From Raillietiella orientalis (lineage: Eukaryota), in assembly GCA_036172245.1 (NCBI GenBank), contig JAYWIR010000014.1, positions 1,736,001-1,800,000 on the forward strand: a stretch of 64,000 bases of DNA. Reading direction: 5' to 3'. Below the pieces are notes generated by a model. That model was not told the origin of the DNA. It did no database searches and worked only from the letters and a program-made list of their open reading frames with translations. Shown piece by piece: positions 1 through 12,616 of this stretch. The position numbers were made by a program, and so were the translations under genes. Within the stretch, counting starts at the first letter, position 1. Each line of letters starts with the position of its first letter.

Positions 1-2
1 AC

Positions 3-209
3 AGTCAACAACCTCTTCCTTTTGCTCATATTTCCAATATTCATTATGCCCGCTTGTCTGATCTTAGCTGGACAGCTGATGGTTCCTTGCTTTTAGTTTC
101 ATCCACTGATGGTTATTGCTCTTTCATATCTTTTAAAGATGGTGAGCTGGGAGAACCTTATGTTATCTCTCCCAAGAAACACAATCCTTCTCCCACATCT
201 TCCAAATAA
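3..209 (+). CDS. CHAF1B: Chromatin assembly factor 1 subunit B (CAF-1 p60), 3' end of CDS (5' part outside window)
   Basis: Frame from base 3 reads SQQPLPFAHISNIHYARLSDLSWTADGSLLLVSSTDGYCSFISFKDGELGEPYVISPKKHNPSPTSSK*, stop TAA at 207-209. This matches the last WD40 blade of CAF-1 p60 as I recall it (PF..SNIHY..LSD.SWS.DG..L..SSTDGYCSF.TF...ELG). Not in the ORF track because the start lies outside the window. Confidence 0.9.
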   Translation, partial: SQQPLPFAHISNIHYARLSDLSWTADGSLLLVSSTDGYCSFISFKDGELGEPYVISPKKHNPSPTSSK

Positions 210-210
210 A
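205..210 (+). terminator. Candidate polyadenylation signal AATAAA overlapping the CHAF1B stop codon
   Basis: Sequence tcc aaa taa a gives AATAAA at 205-210, including TAA 207-209; only 32 bp remain before the TULP4 stop. Confidence 0.5.
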
Positions 211-241
211 ATTATCTATACAATTAGGGATGGACGACTGA

Positions 242-3200
242 TCATTTAAACCTCTGGGTAATATTAGCCAAAGCTATGGCAAATGCTTGTACAGGACACA
301 AAGGTGGCTCAAAATCCAGAGTGTATGTGTGCTTTTCAATACGACCAAACTGCATCACCTGCATCCCACACAGTTCCATTTGGAAATTCTTAGCTGATTC
401 TTGAGTTACACGCCCTCCAAAATCCAACTGATACACTTGACTGGTAGGATTCCACAGTGGAGTCTTATTGTGCAACACAAATTGACGAAGTGGTTTCTTT
501 TGATGTACTGGACTATCCTGAACTGTGCTAAGCTAAATGGAAAGTGAACTTTGATCCACAATAAGTGGCCTTACCCTCCTCCTGCATTTTTTGGTTAACA
601 TATCTAGTGGATTGTCTTCATCAGAAGAGTCACTAGCTGTATTGGCAAACAGCAGTTTGGGTTTCCTAGGCAGCCTAGGAGACTGCAACAGAGATCTGGT
701 CCTAATGTCGTTTGTTAAGCATAAGTATTCTAACATTGGAGTCTACCTCAGAAACAGAAGCTTCCGATGCAATAATATAGGTGTGGAAGGAACAGTATTG
801 CTGGGCATATTTTTTGCTACCAGTTGTGGTGTGGAATGTTTGCTGCAGAATTTTGTGGTTCCAAAGGATCCTGTTCTTTGTTTGTTTATCACTGGACTAG
901 CTTGTGATTCATGCTCTTTTACATTAACAGTGTGACAATTGGAATGATTCCATCTTTGTGGTGATCCTCTGAAACTGCCTTTGGCCCCATTCAGTGTTCG
1001 AGAGCAGATTGTTTTGCAGACTTTCTCGTTTTTTCCATTAGGGTAATGGCTCCAACTGGAAGAACGAGTGAATAGAATGAACTGACAGGAATGTTTTGTA
1101 TCAGTTTGCTCAGTCCAATTATGCTGAAAAACTACATCAGCATTTAGCTCCCCTACACTACAACTGCGTCTTCCATGAGAAATAAGCTTCTTTGTAAAAG
1201 GACTACTAGATGTGTTTGGACATTTCTCAATGTAGTTCTCTTTAGATACAATTACTGGAAAATGGGACAAGTGTGAAAGACTGGTGCCATGTTTCGAAAT
1301 ATCTGTTGTTCTATGCATCACAGAAGGCTGAGATGGTATTTCCTTAATAACATTGATAGAAGAGCTTGAATCACTGGTAGAACTTGAAGATTGCAAAATT
1401 ACGCGACTAATTGTCCGTGGGGGGGGTATTACTAAAGGAGCAATGGAAACTGTTTGTTTAAGATTCTGACCATATCCTGAAATGCATATTTTTTTATTGA
1501 TTTGGAAAGGAATCCTCACCTTCCAAAGGATCATCGTCCAAAAAAAGTTGGTGTCGTACTTCTAAAGAACTATTGTTCCAGAACATTGGAGAGCCACAAG
1601 GTGGTAACTTGGTGTTAGTACCATTGCTGAGATCTGTCACCATTAGAGTCATTTGCCGTGGTTGAAGATGCAATAAGGAGGTTTTATACACAATCTGTTA
1701 ACAATGTATAACACACAAAAGCAAAAGTTTTCACTTACTTGACCCAAGTTGGAGGGTAAAATGGGTGATAATCCCAAAATGCGAAATTTAGTTCCCCAGA
1801 TGTTAGATGCCACCAATACTAAGGGATTTTCCTATAAATTCATAAAAATAGTTTGCCTTGATGTGAATTATTTTTCAAATTAAATCACATTGAATATCAC
1901 GTTACACTAAACAAATGGCCTAATTGTGTGAATTATGAGAAAACAAACTGAAGAAAAGTTATTGCAAAGAAGAGAAAAATAATATCCTACAAAGTTCCCT
2001 TTTGGTTGTGCTTCCTCCTTGCTAACACTTGTTGAATATTTAGAGTAAGCACAATTCTTGATTTCAGGATGGGAATAGAATTTTTCCGGATGAGAAGCGC
2101 AAATCACAAACTCTGGGCGCAGTTTGCCTGTATGCTGATGGCCCTTCAATATGGGTACCAAACCTCCCAGGTATTCCAAACATAACACGTAGTTATGTTT
2201 ATCAGCTATCTGCTGGCGCATCAAAGTGCAATGAAGACGCATATTATTTGATGAAGGATGGCATAAAAAATGAAGCAATTGGTGGGCATGAGGTACATGG
2301 CACTGTAAAGGCTTCAGTCTGATAATCATTCTAAGTATGAGTACTCACAACTATGGTTTCAGAATATAAATTTTTCAACTGATTCCAAATAGTTTGTGGA
2401 AATGCTATTTTCTTTAGTGTGTCCATATATTTTACTGTTCTGTAGATGGCATGACAACAAAGCACTTGTAAGGAAGGTAGAAAGGGGGTCACTCTGGCTA
2501 CATGCACCGAGTTGCCCCAGGCCACAAACAGCCTTCTGTCATCATGACCCCAAGTAATAGCTGCAATTGTATGTAGAGGTGTAACATCCAGAACATTTCT
2601 GTTGAGCAACTGTCCACTGTTGGAATAAAACAGAACTACAGGAAAATTATATGCTGAATGCTGTCCAGCCACTGCCAAAATATGTCCTGAGTTGCTCCAC
2701 TGGGCATGCAGATTTCTCAACTGGCAATGCAACGTAACTGGCAAAACATCATCAATGCCTGACAGCAACAAGACTATTCCTGACTCATAGCACAACATCA
2801 ACTTATATGAAGAGTCTGCAATTCATAAATTTTAGTGATTTCAAACAATTTTTTTTCAAGCTAACAACTGTCTTCTTGCATGCTGCCATCTTCCATGTGA
2901 AAATGGTGACAATTCCAGCCCATTGCCTTTATAGGGTTGCATTCTCCAGGCTGAAACTTATTCATCAGATTACCCCAAGCATCCATCATCACAATTTCTC
3001 CTTTACTGGTCCCAAACAGCACCTATGGGAACAACAAAATGTAGTGTGATCTCAAAGGTGACTCCTTGCCTGTTGGTCATTTGTGGACCAGATTCCACAT
3101 TCTAGTGCACCAACTTGAAGATTCAAATTGGATGACCAATATCTTTGACCACTTACTGAGCCCACCAAGACCACTCCATCCTTAATTAGAATAATGATTT

Positions 3201-3409
3201 TAATGGATAATCTTAGTAATAGGTACCTGGTAACTGATCAATGCCATGCGACCATCATGTGACCAACAAAAATCCATGACAGGAATGGTTCTATCATTAA
3301 TGAGTTCGATGCTCCACCGATCTTCGTGTTTGATCCAAACAAAAATTACACCTGAGCTATCACAGGTGGCCAACTTTTGGTAGGGTTCATTCCATCGCAC
3401 CAACACAAC
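242..3409 (-). CDS. TULP4: TULP4 coding exons 3-12 (compact micro-intron block)
   Basis: Ten exons separated by introns of 46, 47 (GC-AG), 50, 46, 159, 44, 43, 45 and 42 nt. ORF-track entries 3200..3406, 2331..2801, 1907..2329, 1494..1691, 743..1534, 533..736 and 242..478 are pieces of this block. Confidence 0.93.
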
Positions 3410-6400
3410 CTGACAATGTTAGGATCATTTATGTAAATAAAGGAAATGCTTTTAGCATGAATAGGGGCTGCCTTCCAAACATCAAAGTAGATTTGCGTGC
3501 CCGTACATAAAATAAATTCAAGTGTGATTCGAAGTATTCATCAAATACTCATGAAAGCATTTTATTGCAAGCGATTTGCTACGATACTGAAATTCAAGAT
3601 TCTCCAGTCTTTTATCATGTATAAGATACAAATACATGTATGCAACGGAGAGAAGTCTGTTAGGAATATGCCATGTTGAACTGCCTCTTTCCTAGTTCCT
3701 ATCTGCCTGTAAAATGGCCTTTACAACGGCTCTAGATTGAAGAATTTTGATCCTGTTTTCCTAGATTGCGAAGATTTAAACATTCCAGTGCAAGTTGGGT
3801 ACAGGCTATCGTCTCAACGTATTTTCTTGCGATTTACCTGTTAGAATGGCCACGTGTTTTACATATGCAATGTGCCGTTTGTACGATATCTTTGTAGAAA
3901 AAAAAAAAAAAATTATGCGTGTTTGGGATTTTAACGAATTTCGCTACTGTAAGCTTTTTTTCCTGCAAAGAAAGTATTTAGTGATCGAATTTCTCCCGTC
4001 TCAAAGAAATGACACGTCAGCTCCATGTGAGAAAAACGAGGTAGTTATGACAGGATGCTTAGCACGGAAAACCAAAGGATTCCAAACAAGGCAATAGAAG
4101 CGAAAATAGATAACAACTACATCAAAAAATTATTTGTAAACGAAAGAATCATTCATAAGGAAATGACGATCAAAAATCCTAACATCGGTTGAAAAGATAT
4201 GCAATTAAGATAAGTGAGGTGATGGACGCTGTTCTCCAAATTCAAACACATAGTTCTCTTCGTGTCGAGTAGTGCTTGTTGCATCCCGAAAATGGAAGTT
4301 TCCCGGTCCTTACAAGGCACAATCTGAAGGCTGGGTCTCCCCTTAGTTGCATCGTGATCGCTACAGTTTCCACTTCATACATCAGTAACCATTTTGTAAA
4401 GCATGATTAATGACTCTGGAACCTTGAGACCTTGCTCCGAAGTTTGCTATCCAAGGGCCATTAGAGCTCAAGTTTTCGCTACACCTTAAATAGTCGTGTT
4501 CTTGGGAAAAGAATTGTTCTCTGATTTGTTCATTAAAAGCATCCTATTCCACTTTCAGCGAGAGTTCGTATTCCGACGAGTTCTCTCTATCGAAACGTTA
4601 GACCACTACAGTGCTTGCTGTACTTTCTTGCCGCAATAAAAGATCTAAGAATGGTCAAATTTTTTTTTTTTTAATTTTTTAGTACAATCTGCGACAGCCA
4701 ACAGCGAGGTCCTCCGGAGGATACTCCGGAGGACAAACAAAAGAAAGAAGAAACAAAGGACAAGAAAAGAAAGTTTCCGGAGCACCGTTCTCTAAAACAT
4801 CCAGTCTTAGCTAAATGCTATCTTAGCTGTCTTAGCTATATGCGCGTGCTCTCATTTTAAGTTAATCAATTCTGCAGCTTGGAGAGCCAAAATATATTAT
4901 CTCATTAAAAAGCTGTTCCAAACGACTTTACTAGCTTCTCAATAAGCTTGTCCAGCTTTCTCAAGTAATCCTCCCATTGCCGTCGAGTGAACTAACATGC
5001 GCTACTGCCCACTGATTATCAATCAAATTTTCTCATACTTCAAACATTTCACGTTTTATATTCGTCACACTTACATTAGGAACATCAGAATCATGAACTC
5101 CAGCAGATGTCGCCGCCTACTAAAACAACCTTGCGAACCGTGCCACTTTACATGTAAATTTGCAACTCTGGAACAACAAGTTCTTAGGCTGCAGTTGCCA
5201 GTTTTCAGCTACTATAAGGTTCTTTTTTTTTTTTTTTGATTCAAAATAATGACACCTTATTTTCACTGTTACATTCTGCACAATTGCTTATTAATAAAAC
5301 GTCGAGATTGTGTAAATCTAACGGCTCTTGTTAGCTCAGTTGCCATTAGCAAGTGTCTATCGTTTCCTTTTCACGGTACTGGTTGTCTGGTCCTGACACG
5401 GCCGGGTCATCTCGCCTTTACTGTCATTTAACGCAGTTCTTCAAAGGAAAGTACGCCTTACCACGCTGTGTCACATGGGCATTAGGGTGCATCAGACTAA
5501 TCTGGTTTGTCTTGGCATTTCCCATCAACATAAATACTGTTGGGGTTGGTACTATGTGACTGAGAATTTCAACTTGCTTGGTTAGGCACAAAACAATTCG
5601 TCCTCAATCTGTTTTCTTACATGAATGCAAATGTTTCAAGCACATGTTCCAGTTAGGTGCACGATTTATCATTAGTACTTGAAGAGGGAGGCTCCTTAAG
5701 TACTTTCGAGTACGTGAATTTTCCATGAATTTTCCATTTTCCGTGAATTTGAATCGTTTCTGTGCTCTTTGAAAAAGGAAGCCGCTTGGAATGATTAACC
5801 CTCAATTCTTGGATTCTCTGATAGTTCTTGATGCCTAAAGTTGATTCGTTCGTGAAGTTTCGATCTTCACGAAAAGTCGATTACTTTTGAAATTTCCCTC
5901 TTCCGAAAGTCTGAAGGAAGAGAGCAATCTTAGAAACACAGATTTTGCGCTAACAACGACAAGAAAACCATGAATGAAAACTGCCAAGGCATATCGTTAG
6001 GAAATCAGCAAAACATAAAGCATTGTAAAAATAAATTCTTTATAATTTTGCCACCCAATAAGTCACCATTCCACAACAAAAACAAGAATTCGAATCGACT
6101 CAAAAGCTTTAGTGGATTACTAATTAACAAATATTTCATTAAGTTAATCGTCTTCCTCTAAGGATTTCCTCTAAGTAGCTTCCAGTTTTCCTCTAAAAGA
6201 CCTTTAGATAACAAAGGCTTGAGAATACGCCTCTTACATCCAGGTGTAAAATTATACCATAAAAAATTGTATCTGATAGCGCGAGTCTAAGAAACTTTCT
6301 AAAAAAATAGGATTGTCTATGAATGTTCTGGATGAATATTTGTGCAGGTAACTGATCCTGTACTGCGTCCAAGCATCGAGATTTGCAATCTTCTTTCACA

Positions 6401-9400
6401 ACTGGAACTTTTGCCTCTTTATTAGAGTACATGAAGCTCAATCATCTTATCAGTAAAGCACCTCATATTTAACTTGGTACGTAATAAACCAACACTGTTT
6501 TCATGATGCTTTTTCAAGTGTACAATTGATTTTCAAGAAACGCTATAAAAAACTGCATGAGTCTGGTATGCTGTGCTCATCGAAGAACACACACAAAAAA
6601 TCTTTTTAAAGACACTGAAATCGTAGCATTCTTCTGGAGATGCACTTGAATCACGCAGCAACGCGTAATGAAAGTGCTGTTATCATGATGTAATGAAACT
6701 CGTCGAAAATAACGCAACTGAATGAGCAATGAAGAGCAGCATGTATCCCACTCTAATGTTTGATATTGAAGAAATAAATGAAGAATGCACACATAAGGTA
6801 TGAAGGATCAATTAGGCAACTATCACTGATTCAAAATCTGAATGCTCCTGTCATCTGCTGTGGAAGTGGAATGCTGAAAAATGAGAAAAATTCTTCACCC
6901 TATAGTCGGCCTTTTGGCCAAGATCAAAGTATAGCCGGGCAAGGTCAACATTATGTTTGACGTGTTGCTTACACTGCATACGGAATTTTGTCTGAGATTA
7001 CGTGTTAACATCATTAACATAGGTACTGATCTGATAATGAATATCTTCGGCAGCAAGTACTCCCTCGACTCGAAGCATTTTTATTACTTCTATTGTATCC
7101 AGCATCTCAAGTGTTCGATGAAATCAGTATATCTTAATTTTTAGCTGTCAGAAAAATCAGAGAATACTGGGAAGGGTCCCCAACGTTACACATCGTTAGT
7201 GGCCATATGAAAAAAATACAAGTTTGATACATTTTCGCCACAATCACGACGACTTTATTTCGGTGCGTTGTGGTCTCCTGCCGCCAGACCTTTGCCAAGC
7301 AATGATGAAGCTGGTTGAAAATGGTGCATGTCCATTTTTCGAATTCGAACAAGACTGGGCCAACCTCCTCAAAATGCACACGAATGCGTCAACTCCAGTT
7401 TGAACTGAAGACGAAAACTCGGCATCGTCCGACTGGCAGGAATTAGAACTTACTGTCTGACTGCACGATAGCGTCACTTTTGGTCCAGAAGGAGAGAGAT
7501 ACGAGCAAACAGTCGCGATTAACACAGATCTCCAGGGATCCGCTTCGCTTCAATGTGCAGATCTTCATTAAAGTCTCTCGACTTAGGTGATTATGCATGC
7601 ATTTCTGCACGAACTGGTAAATAAGGGGATTTCGGAATCCAGTGAATTTTCGCTAAAAATTCTAAGAGCCCATGCAGCTCGCATTTCATTTTGTCTCTGC
7701 ACAGACAGAATGCGAACGATGAAAGGTGTCGTTGCTTTCGCTAAAGCATTTCCCAGTTCTTGTTCTTCCGCTTCAGGTTCAAGACGCCTGACGCCAAGAT
7801 TAGATAGAGCTATGAACAAGAGCCGGCATCCGAATGAGCGATCATCGCCGCTGCTATGAACGTTCTCTAAAAAGACGACAGTACAATACTCGCTGCTGGC
7901 AAAAGTACTAGATACAATACAATCTTTTTTGAGGTCCACCTATGTATCGTAGATGTGGATTCGTGGCACGAGGAGGAGAGCATGAGAGAAAGCAATAAGC
8001 CGCGGGTCGTAATTTAATTAAATTTGCGCAAAAACCTTCGAGTCATTGATCCTCAGTGCTTCCAAGATCATACCTTACTTCCATAAGCAGCCATTATGTA
8101 GCTTTGATCAACATACGATAAAAGTCAATCGATCATAATTAATAACGATACGTTGGTTTGTAATTTGTTTTTAAAAATTTTGTTGTGGTTCCTGTGCCAC
8201 ATTCAGCAATACCTTCTAAAGTCTTCAGCTGACAACTCCGATGGCTTCCGACAACTAATTTGACAATCCACGGTTTCGTTATCGCTTTCTGACTTTTGCC
8301 AGTTTTCGACCGAAGAGCTTCGTCTAGCTTTCAATGTGTAATATAGATAATTCCATTTTCTGCTTTCCATATTTTTTTCCAATAGAGACGAAATCTGAAG
8401 GTTGGTCCACAAGTTTTACCTATGTTTATGCAATCATGTCAAGTACATAGCTCTACACTTTGTTAGGCGCTCATTTTTCCTTCATCAACTCTCCAAATCG
8501 TTACAGAAAATATTTCGTGTAAATAATCACATATGCTCAGGCTGAAAAAAAGGAAAAATTTTTCCTACACTTTCTGTTGCAAAGAATACACACTGCCAAG
8601 AAGCTGATTTGAATTTTTGACGTTTTTGGTTGCTGTATAATTTTTTTTTTCGTTAATGAGATGTCATTAACGGCTAAAATTCTGAATCAACGATTCTGAA
8701 TGCACATCAGAATGAACGGAAGGAGAAAGCCATTTCACTTCTGTCATGAGACAAGAAGACAAAACTTAAGCAATGGGTGCACAGAACAACAACAACAAAA
8801 AGTAGACATTTTAGACAGCAGTAGTTTGTTTTCCTATCCAATGAACACACTCTTGCTTTCACCTACACTAAGAGAAGTGATCGAAATGAATTGGTCGGAA
8901 TAATTCTAAAGTACTCCAAAAAAGTTCAAATAGAAATCCTTTCAATTTAAAATACAATTTACTCATTTCTGATTTTTTAACTTTTAAATTGTTTTCTTTG
9001 CGATGAATACGGAACACCCGTAATCTACAATGAAGGCCGACTCGTTGATCATCGTTACCATCAGCATGTGCATGCAAAAATACATACAAGCTCGGTTCTC
9101 AAATGCAACAAAAAACACCCACATCACTCTCTTTAAAATGAATCTGGGACGAGAATTCCAAAATCTTCTGCAGGATCACATAGAATGCATCTCAGTATAC
9201 CACACCGCAAAGAGTCATTGCACGCAAAAGACCACGAAACTAACAGCTGAATGTTCACCAGGACTCGAGATCTAAAGAACGAATGGACCCTTAGATTACT
9301 TTTTAATGATCCAAAGAACTTGAACTGGTTTCACAGTACGTTTTTTTCTAATTCATCAGCAACTGCTGTGTTGATAAAACGTTGATACCATCTTCGATTT

Positions 9401-12400
9401 CGTTTCAGCACGGAATTTGCTGCATCCTCGTGGATGGCAAAATCTTGGAGAACACTCCCGCTTGAAGCAATCAATACATGCTTTCTCAAAACTGGATTTT
9501 CGAATCATAACGACATTAGAGTTCCTAGATACGAGGAGGATGGGGGAACGCGGGGAAAACGAGCTTAGTAACTGCGATAAAGAGCTTTCTACTCTCTTAA
9601 GACTCAACTTGGCGCGCGTTTCGTGGGAAAGGGCAGAAAACTCGCTGGATGAAAGTGAGATGGAGGGGAGGAAGAAGGATAAGAAGGTACACATTATCAG
9701 TAATGAATCAAGTACAAAAAGTAATATAGAGATGGATGACTCTGTTCCTGAAAGATGAAAGATTGATGCGTTCATTCAATTGATGAAACCAAAGTTTTGC
9801 TAGGGTCAACACATTATGGAAAAGAGGTTTAGAAATTCCATTCCATCGATTCGGTTGGGATAAATGGCAACTTCACACATGCAGGATTGAACTTTTAATG
9901 TAATGTACTTTAATGCGAGGAAATATGTGGAAAATGTACACCAAGTTACCACATAAGTAGTTGGCTGAAAACTTTTTTGAGGTCATAAGACCAACTTAAA
10001 CCAACTACTTTATGCTAGTCTTCGGGAAGGTCATTATAAACAGGTTATTCTCTGCTTCCAAGTTTGATTCAGAAGGTGTCACCAAAGCAAATGCTAAACC
10101 TGGAAGTCAGCAAGGGAGCCGACACTTCCAAGACAGCACATTACGAATATAAACTGGCAAATCATTATTTCAATGAAACTATTGAACACAACAAGAAAAT
10201 AATATTTGCAAATAGTACAGGAATAACAAGAAAATAATGGATTATTTTTTGAAAGAATATTGTGCAAAAGATATGTTATGTAAAATATATATTGTAAATA
10301 AATACGGCTAATCATGAAAGAACACCAACTGATGGAGCAAAACTGACGGATGCCATGTGAATAGAGAGCATCAATCAAATTGTTCCCTCTGAGATGCATT
10401 TCCTGTTAATCTAAAAGCACGATGCTACACAACAAACTTTCCAGTTTCTTGCATGGGGTAGCTACTGAGCAGCATGCATGCAAACAACGTTGTCACAGGA
10501 TGAAAACAGAGAAGGGGTTTCAACAGACATTGTACTATACTCCCGAACAACGAGAAAAAAACCTTAACTGCAGTACTCTCTGCTGTCAAGCAGAAGATTA
10601 TTCCTAAAAATTTGGACACAAGCACATTTCATTCGCTAATAGATGGATAATACTTTCTGAAAACACCACAAAATTACATCTGCTTACTTTTGTGGCAAAG
10701 GTTATGCACACACGTTTTCAAAGACTAAAATGAGTTAATTGCAATATTATCACACTGTATAATATCAAAGTACTGTAAACATAAAACTTTCTGCTATAGT
10801 GCTTTCTTTGCATTGGCTTGCTGTATGTTGAAATTATGCATGGTTGTCCAAAGAAAACCAGGAACATGGAAACCAAAATTCCCAATAACACATCCCTTAC
10901 AAAGATTCCTTTCTAACAGTGAAGATTCTTTTTGTCATTAACTCATTATGCAACCGTTTTTTAATAATTTATCATCAATTTAAAGCAATTCTATATGCAT
11001 CTTATACATAAATCGATTTATTTAAACAATTACTTGAGCAGTACACTGACTGAACTTCAAATTGTTTCTTGATTATACTGAATAGTGAATCACTTACAAT
11101 ATATGCCTGAAGCACAAAAAAAACAAAGATAAAATGTGGGTGCCAATATGCAAATATAATATAAAACACTGTTTTTTGGTACAAAATCATGAAATCAGGA
11201 AGAATTACTTGAATAGTTTAACAGTGCATCTGACTAAACAATCAATCAATACAGATGATACTTTCTTATCATCAAACCTGAGCTGAAGGAACAGTATGCA
11301 AAATTGCAAATGTTATTTTTTTCTGCAATATAACAGTAATTGCTTTAGGAATTTTTGTAATGAATTCCTTCTAATGTCTTGTTCTTTGAATATCAAATCC
11401 ATAGATACACAGCCAACATGTATCATACCATAAATCTGTTAAATTTCCATGAAGAAACTTTGCATACAAGTTTTTCTTTCAAGTCATGATGCTTGTTAAT
11501 GTTAAGTAACAAGCCATGCTAGTCATTTACGTGACCATTAATAGTAATATGTCATACAAATTTAATTATGTACCTACATAAAAAATGGGTAATGCTGAAC
11601 CTTGTTTGCAAACTCTATGATAATTATGAGGATAATAAGAAATGATTCTTTTACACCAAAAGATCCACAAATGCTTTATATTTTTGCTCAAACAATAATT
11701 TCTCCTCATGCTCTAACCATACAACATCAATAAATACCGAAGATTTATGTCCTCTCAAATTGTAATTTGTTCGTGGTGGTAAACGTGAATTGTTTTTCTC
11801 TTCAATAGAAGTTAACGTGATTCCAATAAGTCCCTTGGCATTTCCAGTTGCAAGCCATCCATTTTGATAATACTGTTTTCTATTCAATTTCCAAATATCA
11901 TCCTAAAAAAGGGAAGGAAACACTGGAGAGTTTTCCATGGAGAGTTTTCTAATTTAAGGCGAAATATGAGAAAATATTTGCAAGAACACAAAAGATTCAG
12001 GTAGTCTGTATCCATACAGAATTTACCCAAAACAACACAACATGGATTCTGCTTCCAAATAAACAAAAATGGAATGGAAGATGGTATCATTAGGATAGTG
12101 AATGATGTGTACTAACATACAAGTTCATGGGGATGAATCTTCTTCATACAAATGATGGAAACAATAAAACCTCGCTATTTATACTTCGATACGCATAATC
12201 AAGAGTACATCATTTGATAACTAATAGAAAAAACACATTTGATAACTAATAGAAAAAACATCTGACAACAACAAAAAAAAAAAATAATTCAATATCTCAT
12301 AAAAAAAAAAAAGGGGTGAACTAGATAAAACGATCACGCCGATGAATTCTTTAGTGTTTATTAAACACAATGTACTGGTTACATTTACAGGAATTGATAA

Positions 12401-12531
12401 TAAGCTTTCATTATTTAGTATGAAATCCAATATACCTGGGGGAAAGTATTAGGGACACTTCCAATCCACGATAAGGATAATATCGGATTATCACACTGAA
12501 TTTCTGAGATTTTCTCAAACTGAACATACAT
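242..12531 (-). CDS. TULP4: Tubby-like protein 4 / Tusp (WD40 + SOCS box + Tubby C-terminal domain), complete 12-exon gene, ~968 aa
   Basis: Exons (minus): 12531-12436, 11902-11738, 3409-3227, 3180-3070, 3022-2866 (alternative donor would end it at 2869), 2815-2349, 2302-1991, 1831-1739, 1694-1520, 1476-747, 701-575, 532-242. Total 2907 nt, all phases compatible. Motifs: ILSLSW, YYQNGWLATGN, RTNYNLRGH, VRWNEPYQKLATCDSSG, SOCS box PSLQVLCCHAI, CLEYLGGLVPILKG, SNIWGTKF, YKTSLLHLQPRQM, Tubby end HNKTPLWN..QVYQLDFGGRVTQESAKNFQ..QAFAIALANITQR. Confidence 0.95.
11738..11902 (-). CDS. TULP4: TULP4 coding exon 2
   Basis: TTTTTTAG acceptor, DDIWKLNRKQYYQNGWLATGNAKGLIGITLTS...RTNYNLRGHKSS, GTATTT donor; phase 0 to 0. 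Confidence 0.92.
12436..12531 (-). CDS. TULP4: TULP4 coding exon 1
   Basis: ATG at 12531, MYVQFEKISEIQCDNPILSLSWIGSVPNTFPQ, then GTATAT donor; resembles the TULP4/Tusp N-terminus. Confidence 0.88.
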
Positions 12532-12616
12532 CAGGGCTAATTCTATTTCTTTTCGGTCATGAATTTTATTCAAACTAAGGATTACGATACATACACGGGT
12601 TTTCTAAAACGCATTG

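Noticed and set aside
591..935. Plus-strand ORFs over TULP4 (591..935, 2807..3049)
   Set aside because: Antisense shadows of TULP4 exons.
12211..12260. 25-nt tandem duplication, plus other short duplications and many A/T homopolymers
   Set aside because: Ordinary slippage products; no repeat-spacer periodicity, so not a CRISPR-like array.
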